From: Paragordius varius
Lineage: Eukaryota; Animalia; Nematomorpha
Length of the DNA: 64,000 bases
Assembly (NCBI GenBank): GCA_964247055.1
Contig: OZ176052.1
Span: forward strand, 1,240,001-1,304,000
Direction of reading: 5' to 3'
Positions 1 through 12,300 of the stretch are shown here, one piece after another. Positions within the stretch are counted from its first letter, which is position 1. Each line of letters begins with the position of its first letter. Under the pieces are notes generated by a model that saw only the letters and a list, made by a program, of their open reading frames with translations, was not told where the DNA came from and made no database searches. Position numbers and translations under genes: made by a program.

Positions 1-3000
1 TAAATCATGGAAGGGGGATACGCTTGAACCATTGTGTCACACGATTAAGGTAATACTCTGATAACAATTACCTTATATTTTATGTTGCATATGGTTGTAA
101 TACACTGATTGCTAGTTTGTTTATCAAAAATTTATTTATAAGCTAAATAGAGAGAACCTTGTAGGGGATTTTGTTATTTTTATAGATAAATTAGGCTCTT
201 TTACAACGGTGTTAAATTAGTGATAAACATATATACATACTTTATAAACGAATTTGATTTAGGTACCAGAGAGTTGTGCTGTAAATGGAATCATTCCAGG
301 TATCAATTGGGTAACTTCGCGTACAAAAAAATCGTCAGACCCATCAAAGCATACAACCTTAGCGCATTGTGAAGAGGTTCTTTCCGAAGCTGAGGGAAGC
401 TTTATCGTAGCAACCGATACTAACAAAATTTATCATGGAAATTTTAAAGATGGTCTTACAATTGCTACTGAAGTAAAGTTCATTTATACTTAATATTCAT
501 GTCTATTCACTACTCAATGAGACTTATGAGTGCCAGAATTTATACCGTATGTTATATAAAAATGTATAGGCACTTAAATTTTCCGCAACTGCAATCATAG
601 CAGATACTAATTCTGATGTCTTACATATCACGTCTAACAAACAATTGTTAACATGGGATGTAAAGGGTTCAACCATTTCCTACAAATACAAACTTCCGGT
701 ATTTGTATAAAAAATTAGTTTTATTTAAATATTTTGTTTCCGCTTTTCATTTTAGTTAATACAGATAATCGTCCATAAAGTTAGTTTTTATTATAAAAAC
801 TTAATATGATAAATTATACGGTTACTTAAGGAATCAGTCACCTGCATAGGGCATCACCCAAAACATAACATATGTGTGGTTGGTAATGATAAAGGTCAAA
901 TCAATATTTTGGATAGTTTAACTTACATTTCCTACGGCCTTAAAACCGCAAAAAATGGCATAACGATAAATTGCTTGGAATATTCACCCGGTTTTACAAT
1001 TTCATTTTTTGTTTTTATGTGTTTTATTCCAAAAATATCTAATCTGTTATTTTACACGCATTGTACATTTAGATGGTGAATATCTTGCTGCAGGATTAGC
1101 CGATTGTATTATATACGTTTTCAAGGTAACGGGAGACGGGAAAGCCCTAGAAGAATACGTACATTTCAAGGTATTTTTACAACAGTAGGAACCAAAATTT
1201 TCACTACATTCTTAAAATAAAGTTTTATCGTATTTATCCTGTTAACTCCTCTCCATATTAATTCATAAAAATTATATTTCCTAGCAACATTACACCGAAA
1301 TAATAGGCCTGGATTGGTCAGTAGGCTATCCTGCATTGGATGACGAGGAGGATATTGACACAGAAGCAAACAGTGATGTCATAACAGGTTCCGAAAAAGC
1401 TTCTGAAGAAAATGTATCTTCCAACGGTTCTGATGCTAACTTTGAATCTCACACTGATGGGCATGGATGGATCCATGGTAAGGGTAAAGGTAATTCATAT
1501 AATAATAATAATAATAATATAAATATTTGATTTAAAGCATATTATATTTGTGCTTAGATGATGAAATATCTATATATGATTGTTTAAAGGTTTTGATTGA
1601 TTCTAACATTCTAATACTTGCTTCTTAAAATTATTTTGATTTACATAAGGCAAATAAATTAATTTTATATCTGGAAAATAATAGATGTCTGCCTCCTCAA
1701 ATGCTTATTATATCGTATCTCATAAGTAAGTATTAAAAATCTAAAAATAGTAATTTTTTTATCATAGGTGATCACGGTGGAAGAGGTCGCGGTGGTCATT
1801 GTGGAGGTGGCAATTTCGGTAATATTTATTAATATTCATTTAAATGCCAAATTTAAATTGTTAATTCACTTATGAATGCACCAAAATTATTTATAAAATA
1901 CTATATCTATTAAGGTCTAAAAAGTACCCTCAATTATTTCGGTATATTATATTTAATAAAAATTCTATTTTTTAATCAACAGGTTTCGGGTTTTCTGGAA
2001 AGGGACGTGGTGGAGACTGCGGAGATAACGGCGGAGAAGGATTCAAAGGCCATGGTATACTTTAATTATATACATCAGTTTTGCATCGATATGTCTTATT
2101 TATAAAACAATTGCCGAGAAAAATATATTTTTATTTTCACGCACATACATAGGTTTCGGATTCAAACATGGCGGCGGGAAATTTGGTTTCGGATTGGGCG
2201 ATTGTGGAAAGGACAAGTGTGGTGATCGTTGGGGAAGACCGAGCCATTTTGGGAAAGGTTTTAAAGGGCGAGGAGCCGGATTTGGTCATCATGAAGGCGA
2301 ATGTTTTGGCGATGGTATTGCGGGCAAGGCAGATTGTGATGGTAGTTTTGAATCTGGGGGGCATTCAAGCAAAGGTTTCCGAGGTCGATGTGGATTTGGA
2401 TTTGGGGGTAGGGGTAGAGGTTTCGGAGGACCGTCGTGTGGAAAAGGTGGATTTCTTAAAGGAGGAGGGGATGGATGTAATGGAAAAGGTTTTGGATTTG
2501 GTGGACGAGGTGCTTTGTGTGGAAAAGGAGGAAGCCCCGTCGGTATTTGTGGCGGTTTGGGTTTTGGCGCATCTGCAGTTGCAAATGGAAATGCAAATTC
2601 AAATGATAGCACCCCTGATACAGGATCAAGTGTTGACGCATCTGCTTCATCCACCCCTAACGTGGATGTAGGAAGTTGTTTGCACCTTAAATACTACCTC
2701 AGAAGCAATGGAGCAAATGGGAAAGTGTTTTACTGGGATTTATCGGCAAAGTTATTGCTTGATTTTGAATGTGTGGCCTGCAAATGTACTCTTATTGCAC
2801 CCGCTATAACTAAAACGCCAGGTCCGGATCCATTGATTAATGCGATAGTTTGTGAAAAATGTGAGCCTGGAATAACTGAAATCGTTCGTGACATATGGTG
2901 GTCCACCCAAAATTGTCAAATCACCTTCGAAACTTTAGGTCAGCAAAAAAATATAATTTGGCTTCATAACATATAACAATGGTTGGTTTTTGATCGGTCA

Positions 3001-3914
3001 AAAAAAAGAATAATCGGACTAAAGGTTTATGAATGCAGTCATTTGTGGTCATAGACAGGCAATACTACGATTTAATATATATATGTTGTTACCAAATAAA
3101 AAATCAAACTTAACCAATTTTGCTTTTATCAGTTTATTATTAAATGGCAAAAATTTAAATCATTAAACTTTCACATAAAATTTTAAACATGTTATTTATA
3201 CGTGATAAAGATTAATATATAGTAGATCAGCGGTAAAAATCACGGTCGGGGATATTGATAATCGCACATACCCATCATTTTATTTTACTTATACACAACA
3301 CATCTTTTGTAAAATTATTTAAATTACATATGATGCCATGTAATAGGGGCCGGAATACTTGACACATTTTACAATAAGAAACAAAAAGCGGCTTGTACCA
3401 AATCACGCGATTGCGAGACTTGTGAGGATCCACCTTCCCTGTTTTGCAGTGCTGGAAGGAACATAAAATTGTTAGGGTACCCGGCTTGCCCCATTCCGAA
3501 GGTATGCTATCTTTGCAAAAAAAATCAAAAATTGTTTCCCCTGACTGATATTATCTGTTCATAAGATCAATTATTTTTAGTTTGATAAATTGAAAGAACA
3601 ATAATTTTTTAAAACATATCCTGCACACTTTTTAATTATAATGTATGAAAAAAGAGATAATTGTCTCAATAAAAGGGTCTGTAATATTTTTCCAACCATT
3701 TTATACATGGAATATTGCTAACCATTTGTAATAAAATATTTATATATTTTTTTAAAATTTATAGTACAACAAAAGTAAATGCTTAAAAGGCCATTGTGGA
3801 GGAATTCGAAATGTGACATGTTCTCGCGACAATAAATACGCTTTTTCAACCGATAATGAAAACTGTTTTATTCAATGGAAAAAACGGGGATGCAAGAAAC
3901 CAATTTGCACCTAA
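1..3914 (+). CDS. EML-like WD40 microtubule-associated protein, divergent paralogue A (5' part lies outside the window)
   Basis: In-phase GT-AG exons: <1-49, 263-472, 570-698, 831-990, 1073-1170, 1285-1489, 1768-1818, 1983-2054, 2153-2938, 3347-3501, 3765-3914 (TAA). EML-type motifs: FIVATDTNKIYHGNF, DGEYLAAG, IIGLDWS, YYLRSNGANGKVFYWD, EIVRDIWWSTQNCQITFETLG, KGHCGGIRNVTC...FIQWK. Intron positions match paralogue B. Confidence 0.85.
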
Positions 3915-4291
3915 GCAAGATTTTTAGCGATTTTATAATGGGAATAAAAAATAATCTCTACTTTTTATATTGATATTATGTGTTTTATATGTCCATCGCT
4001 TCAGTCTTTGTCATTTTTGATGTAATTTATATTGTTTAATCACATCATAAATTGTATTTTGTCCGCTCTATGTTACAATAAATAAATGATAAATATTGTA
4101 TAATCTTTATTATAAATTTGTTTATATCAGTGAAAAGTAGGGTATTAAGTATTTAACATTTTACTAAAGCTAGCAACTATAAAATGTATGGTTAAAAAAT
4201 TGATTTTTCCAGTATAAAACATTTATCGTAAAATTTTGTCCGATATGCCTATTTAGTGTGAATTATCGTACGATTTCGAACGACTGTTTAA

Positions 4292-4860
4292 CACTTGATT
4301 CAAATTGGGGTATCTAAACACCCCAGACTAAATGTGATTTAAGGTTTTTAATAAACTACTGAATGAAAGGATCCCAATTTAAATTTATGCTTCTATCCTA
4401 ATAAAAATATAAATATGCCAAAATATCTAAATAAAATTTTGTTTTGAAAAAACAGTTCCATGTCATTCTGCTTCGTCGCCATTTATATTTCATAAATTTT
4501 TCGCAAAATATCGTCCTCATTTAATTTTAAGAGTAAAATTAAAGCTAATTTTTTATTTAAATTACATCTTACATTGCTAGAAATAGAAACGTATTTTGTA
4601 TTATTTTTCAATTTTACCAGTGCACACATATCACGGTGACCAAATTTTTACCTTTCTTTAGCTTAAAATAAGTAATATCAAGAATTTTTGAATAAAATTT
4701 TTTATATATTTCGGTTTATTAATGTTACATAAATGCAAAAATTTGCCATGGTAACGATTCCCTGCATACTTTTTAAAATATTTGATTTTAAACAGGCCTG
4801 GGGTATCCAACTACCCCAATTTAAATCGAAGGACTAAAATGAGTGTATTGTATCCAAGTG
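4292..4860. mobile_element. Non-autonomous TIR element with TTAA flanks (piggyBac-like MITE)
   Basis: TTAA at 4288-4291 and 4861-4864. Termini CACTTG...CAAGTG. Matching subterminal TGGGGTA-N6-(T/C)ACCCCA hairpins near both ends. A homologous copy starts at 31639. The superfamily is inferred only from the TTAA duplication. Confidence 0.65.
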
Positions 4861-4977
4861 TTAAATAAAATTTCCTTAATCAAAACTAGCTATGTATATA
4901 TAGTCGTCTACCCATTACAATCGATAAAAACTTTATATTCATTCATTGGAAATAAGTCGACATAATAACTCGTACAT

Positions 4978-4981
<4 letters not shown>

Positions 4982-5034
<53 letters not shown>
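4982..5034. repeat. (TA)n microsatellite
   Basis: About 26 TA units with one interruption. Similar tracts at 17508-17529, 20333-20362 and 27267-27314. Confidence 0.95.
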
Positions 5035-6365
5035 GCTTAAAGAAACGGAAATTTTTAATATTCCCAAAGAAATATTAATAAAAAAATAAAATAATTATAT
5101 AATATCGTTAATAACCATGCATTTGTTTAGAGGGATGGATTCAGATTTGTTGGTGAAAATTATTTTTGGTTTTAATGCGTTATTGATAATAATATATGTT
5201 CAAATGTCTTCTCTGAATTGGTTCTTTTTTATTATTTTATTTGCTATTTTATAATCTCTTTTGCCATTAGGTTTAACTAATAGCTAAATTTCAATAATTA
5301 TATAATATTTAACAGAGTAATGGAAAGTAAATTTCCTTTCTTACTATTATTTATATTATTAATAAAAATAATTAGACTGGCCTTGAGTAGGACAGTTTTG
5401 CTTATATATACCTGTCCTTTTTATTAAGAATCTTTTTGTTATCAAATACATTAGCCATACTAATCATATATTTCCATTTTATTAATTTTTGCATTGTTGA
5501 ATGTAAAAATATTTGCCATTTATTTTAAAAAACATAAAAAGTAATGGCTCCGGTAGTCAATTATAATTTGTCAATCTTAATTCTAAAAACCTTTACTCCT
5601 GGGATACATGTAAATTTAGTTATCCGAAAAATATCTGTCATATTTATTTGTAAAAAAACAAGGGTTACTCTAGCATAAAAGTTATATTTTTTAAAGTTTT
5701 ATACAAAAATAACCCACAAATTAAGTAAAAGTCATTTGAGAAGGGTTTTACACCAAAAATATCGACATTATGGTAGATAAATAATACTTAAGCTTTTGGC
5801 AGTATGTCAGGTAAAAGGAATAAATATATGAAGAACTAAGGAAATAAAAAGTTGGTGGTTTAATTTAATGATAATACGATGGTTGCAAAACCCATCAAGA
5901 CAATAATTTTTTTGATAACCAATTATGATTTAATTTACTTTGAACTATTTAAATTTTATATTAGATACCAAAAATTATGCAGAAAAATCAATTGAAAAAA
6001 AGGGTAAAATGCTAAATAAGACATCATTGAATTTTATAGATGACATTATTTAAATTTAATTGATGCCAAAAACTGTATTACAATCCATATCAGAGTTTAA
6101 TTAATATATATTTTTTATTTAAAAATTATTCCTAGGACTATATAAATAGTGATATAGGTAAATCATCAATGGTAAAATTTAAGCTTATGATATTGATTTT
6201 AATGTTAATATTTCTACCATTTGCCAAACATTTTTTACTTAATAATGCTTAGCTCACTATTTTCTTGGCAAAAACAAAATTTTTTCCTTTAACATATTTC
6301 GTATGGGCGCTTAATATTGCGTTATTAAAATTTTTACTGTATTTTGAATTTTAATACTCCATAAA

Positions 6366-9300
6366 ATGTTTGAACACATCGATTTTACTGTAGACCCAAA
6401 AAGCCGAAAGGATAGCCTGATCCATAAATTATATGACATTTTTTCCCGACAACTAATTAACAAAATATTCAATAATAAGAAACCACACCAGGGAGAAAAA
6501 GACAAAACTGATATACAACTATCAGAAGATTCGACTTCTACCAAATTAAAACTCGATCCAAACTCTAAGATTTTGATTGGAGTTAATCAGGTGATCGCGT
6601 CCCCATCTTCCACAAAAACTGCTTATTTTCCAAAACGTGCCTTACATCAACCCATAATATTGAACACAAAAGATTGTAATAACCAAAATGCGATTTTTAC
6701 AGAAAATATTTCTCCACAGACAAAATCAGTACTTTCCACGGCTCCTTGCCTCAAAAGTTATAAGAGAAAGGATGATGAAATCATCAAAAATAATGATACT
6801 AATTATAATAATGATAAAAATAATCAAGGAGAAAATCCAACCATTGCGACATCTAAAAAATCCAATAATTATACCTGTATTCATCGTGACAGCGACAATG
6901 GTAGGAGCTCATTACTAGTTTATACAAATAATAATACAAATAATATAACATACAATAATAGGCAGAGGCAGACAGTTGGAAATGTCCTTGATAATGAAAA
7001 AATAATACGGAAACATATAATAAAAACAAATGGTAAAAACAGTGCCATTAATAAATGTATAACTAAAAACGGAAGCCTACATAATATTAATAGGGAACCA
7101 AATTCCAATACTTTCTTTAACAACAACAACAACAAATGTAAAGGAAATGAGTTGCAACCACCTAATTGCAATATAACTTATAATCACTTTGTTGGATCAA
7201 ATCGTAACGAAAAATTATACGTTAACTCAGATTCAGGTATCAAAAATAGAGTTGGGAAAACAAAAATTTATCCATTTACCCTTGTGAATACGGATGGACA
7301 AGATTCTTTAAATAATTTTGGTGGTAACCTAATTCCCTTATCAATCGAAATGGAACAAGATATGACTAATCCTCGTAACTCTATCCCTGAAAATGATAAT
7401 ACCCATGTAAAGGCAAAAACTAGAAAAAGTAGTAAAACATCTATAACATCCCGAGATTCAATTAGTGCAAAATCTCCAACTAACGCAAAATCAGTAGAAA
7501 AAATATCCCCCGAAAAAAATTTCAAACCGACCCACGAAATTGATCAAAATGGGAAGACTCCTGCATCGCCCGATAAAAATTCTGAAAAAAATTCCGAAAC
7601 AAATGGAATGGAAGAAAGATTTCGTCGAAAGAGCAGTTCCGCATCTAAAAGCGGATTGCTGAAATCACCGACCCCGATTAGCAGAAACTCAGATTCCAGG
7701 CTCCAAGGACTTGCAACTTCTTACAATGCATACAAGTTTAATATATTTAACAAATATATTTGTATACCTTTTAATCTATTAAATATATATTTTTTTCACT
7801 AAAACATTTTTTTGTTTCTGCGGAATTAGAGATCCCAATTTTAAGGACAATTCCTTTGAATCCATAACGGAGGAAGAAATAGCATCCCTACCTTTGGCCG
7901 AACGAATCAAATTTTTACCGCAACATTTAGATTACCCAGTGGATGAAAATTATGGAAACGCTTTTAGGTATTCAGGACCATGGTTAAAAAATTCAGAAAG
8001 TATGGATGAAGATGCTTCACCCTCGAATCCCAATGAAAATAACACAAAACATCAAAATGGACCCGCTTTTAGCTCTCCTACTCAAAGTAAATCCCCTAAC
8101 ACAGATTACATGGTAAAAAAACCATCACAAACTTCAATTACTTCGGCGTCCAAAAAAATATCTCAAGGTGGTAACTTTTATCATTTCTTTGCCTTTTCCA
8201 AAAGTATATTTTCAAAAAGCTTTACATATGTATATGTAAAAATATTATTCAGATCAAACTAATCAATTTGGTGGTGAAAGTTACAAAACACTGGCTGAAG
8301 ATAAACGCAAAATTTCAAATGATCACGATGGACGGAATGAACATACGTGTTGTAAGCTTTTGCAATCGTATGAAAGACGAATAGAAGAATTAGAACGGAC
8401 GCTTTTACTCTTAAAGGAGAGAAATCATCCCTTTCTTTTAAGTAGTTTAATTTTTATTATATTAAATATTGACACTAACTTTAATAAATTAATATAGTTT
8501 ATTATGCGTGACAAGTGTGGTATATATATTGGGTAACAATCCTAATTAAAAAAATATATCAACAATGGCTTGTAAACCATTTTCAGTGATACTTGTTGAT
8601 TATTTTTATTAATAATTAATGCTAGTTTTTAATTATAAACGCAAGCTAGATATGACGAAAAAAACAGTTTAATGAACGTTTTTCATAGGCCCAAATCTGT
8701 TAGTTTATTGGTAAAATATATTTTCAAATAAAAATTTAAAAGCTGAAAATTCCATGTTTTTTTCTTAATCCATAAAAATTTGGATTATCAGATTAATACC
8801 TATATATCTATATAGTTTAAACGCTTTGTGTAGTTAACATTTTACATAATTTTATTATATGGTGCTTGGAAAAATAGCCGCTAACAAAGGAAGCCAAGAC
8901 TCAACTGAAATGCAAGACATTAGTAATGACACAAATCAAGCGGTGAATAATCCTAAAGAAGTTTCTCAAGTTCACTCTGTACCAAAATTGCCTGTTGAAG
9001 AATCTGAAAATTTGGATAAGGAATATGGTATGGATTTAGACAGCAGATAAATATTAAATGTAGTTTTTATTGATGTTCCGATCAATGTATCAATTACTTT
9101 TTTTATTTTTCCGCACATATTGTTTAAACCAGTTGCCCCCCCAAATGATCCCAGGTTTCGATTCCAAAGAATATTTTTGTAAAGAAATAGTCCCAGCTCG
9201 ATTGTTTTTAGATAAAATGGTTTTCATTTTTTAGGTTTTTTTTAAAAATCAACAGATAGCTTGATTACAACCAAAACATGAACATAGCAAATTTATTGCA

Positions 9301-12300
9301 TAATATTTGAGATATTTTAGATTTAAATGCTATGGAAAATATTGATAAGCCCTAGCTAAACTATGTATCATAATTTCAGATATAATATTTTGAAACCGTT
9401 AGAAACCAGGATTCCAGTTTAAAAACGGTATTAAATAGTTTCGAAATTGTTTTTTTTGTTTACACAAAACGGTTAAAACTTGAATTGATGGTTCCACACA
9501 AAAATTTCCCAATTACTTTTTGAAAAATAAATAGGTTTAAATAAATTAATTAAAATGACCAAAAAACACACCCATAAAATAGAAAAGAACGATGATGAAA
9601 ATGTAGAAAATCCAGTTAAACGTGAATCGATGAGCGTAAAGGCATTGACCGGGTCAGTTATAGCGGGTGCTACTGCTTTTGCTGTTGCTAATCAAACTCA
9701 TCATCATGATCGAGGCTCAGAATCAAATCAAATGGGTTTTTCCGCAGAAAGTAATCAGAACGATTTAACCAATGGAACCGAAAAACAGCCTACAGAAGAC
9801 AGGGAACATTCACATTTAGCGAATGATGAAGAAAGTGGGGATATTACGACACCTCAAATTAAAACACTTAATGTCAATCTGATGGACACCCAAGAAACAG
9901 AACAAAATAGGGGACAGCTTGATGAAATGAATGCTAAAGATGAACCAAACAGAACTAGTGCAGAGGTATCTGATTGTAAAAATCTTTTCAAAGATAATTT
10001 TATTTTGTGAATTTTGTTTAAACAAAACACATTTTAACAATTTATAACCATTGCAAGTTATTTTTCTAATAATATTACAAATATGTTTATAAATACCATT
10101 ATTGATTTCATGTTTAATGAAGGTATTATCTTGTATTATGTTGGACAACTCGTAAAAAACAAAAATGTTTTAAATAAATTCGAATATTGCTGAAGATAAT
10201 AATTCTGATTAACAATGGTTTATTTTTGAAGGGTCAAGCCATCCCTGATAACATAGATATAAATGACACCGCTAATAAGGAAATCAAACCTGAAAATAGT
10301 CCCGATGAAACTAATGTTGACTCTAAGTACAATTTCCGTAAATTTTCTCTCCACCAATTACCATATAGTGAAGCATTAAACCAATACGATATACCCGATG
10401 ATAATACTTCGCAGGAAGTAGAAAATGGTGAACAAGCAAAAGAAGAAATCGATAATAATCAAAGATTTGAATCAAATCCCGAAAACACAAATCAAACTGA
10501 ATTTGATCAAAATGTCATAGAAAATAAGGATAAAGATATCGTTTCTGAAGGCGAATCCCAACAGAAGGAGGACAATTTTGACAATTTGGTAATTTTATAT
10601 TGTAAAATACGCTTTATTGTGTAAATAATAATTATAGTTATGCAAAAAGCGCGATAAAAAATTAATATTTAATGCAAAAATATTAGGTGGAACGGATCGA
10701 AAAACTGAATTTTATTTTAACTCTAGCTAAATTTTTAAACATCAGATAATTTATTACACATACAATATCATTTCCAATGTTTACAGACCAAAATGATTTA
10801 GTTATTTTTATATTAAAGGGAAATATAATAGTTGATTTATATCACATAACATATAAAATATATAGACCAATGAAAATGATCAATCAAACATAAAAGAAAC
10901 CAATTCAAACGTTGGAGCTGAGGGCAATACTACAGAAGAGCAGGACACAAATAGCGAAGAAGAAATCGATAAAAAGGTTCAGAATTCGGCAATGTTAGCG
11001 GGTGGGGCGGCGGTCTTAGCTGGTGGAACTGCTGCAGGAATTATTGCTTCCAAAAAACTCAAGTAATACTTTTTTATCCTAAATATATTTGATATGGATC
11101 GGTTTTTTACAGTAAAAACGAAATTATACAGGCAAAACATAAAACATAAAGACAGTTGTTGTTTTTTTTCAGAAGACAACCCGATACTTTTTTACTCTTT
11201 GTTGTTTTGAATTGCAACTGCAAATTAATATATATTGTATTTTAATAATTTATATAGGAAAAAAAGTATGTTTTAGTTTTTTGTTGTAAATAATATTGCT
11301 TTATGTTGTTATATTTTGTTTGTATAATTTCAATTTTTACTATAATGTTAAAAATATATCCAGGCAAAAACATTCGTTGCCTAGTGATGGGTCAGTTATA
11401 ACATTCCGAGACCAGGGTCATAAACGATTTTCCCTTCATCCTTCTGCTGGCGGAGCTAAAACAATGCCCAATAATGGGCAACGGCAAAAGCCAATATCAT
11501 CTCCTTTTACAAGAAGCGTTGTTACTCCGCCAAGTTCTCCACAACAAACTTTCGAGTAAGTTGACATTTCATATCAGGGGTGTTCGCGCGGTCCTCCGAG
11601 ATATTATGAGTGTGGTTTTCTAAAATAAAAAAAAATACCAAATAAATATGAAATTACATACTTTGCAAAAATGTGATCACAAAAGTCTTAGTAAAAGTGA
11701 TATTTTTCATACCAATTTTCTGAATAGGTCTTTCAATATGGCAACGAATTAAAAAAAATTGGTGAACAAATAGTAAATATTGCGTTAGCAATTATTTGCA
11801 GTCATATGTTTGAAATTTAAAATATTTATTAATATATATTTGAATGCGGCACGTCTCATTTTTCAGTCAAAAATGGGACTCGCAATTGTGTTGGACACCC
11901 CTGTTTTATAATAAATTTGATGCGATTACTTGCTAATAGTAGATTCTATTTTTTGAACAGAAAATCACGAATTGCTGAATACAACCCAAGTAACTTTAAT
12001 GTCTTTTATTTATTTATTCAGACCTCTTCTTTCGTGTTACAAATTAAAAAGTGTGTATAATTATTAGAAAATAATTCGTTTAAAACGTGGGTCCATGGCC
12101 GACCTCTGATATTATATGCCCCATCCAATTTTTCCTACCAAAGTAATATCGAATTTGATTTATTATGAAATGTTAGTTTAAACATAGGATTGAAATTAAA
12201 AATTAAACTCTTAAATCATAGGCGAAATGGAAAAATATAGCTCTTTGTTACATCATCGCTATAATGTCCCGCCAACCTCTGATCGAGATTTAAGTTTAGA

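Noticed and set aside
2137-2671. Pro-rich antisense ORF 2289-2654 and other overlapping ORFs (2137-2364, 2168-2671, 2456-2650)
   Set aside because: These are shadow frames of the GGN-rich Gly exon, which lacks stops in several frames. Only the Gly frame splices in phase into EML motifs.
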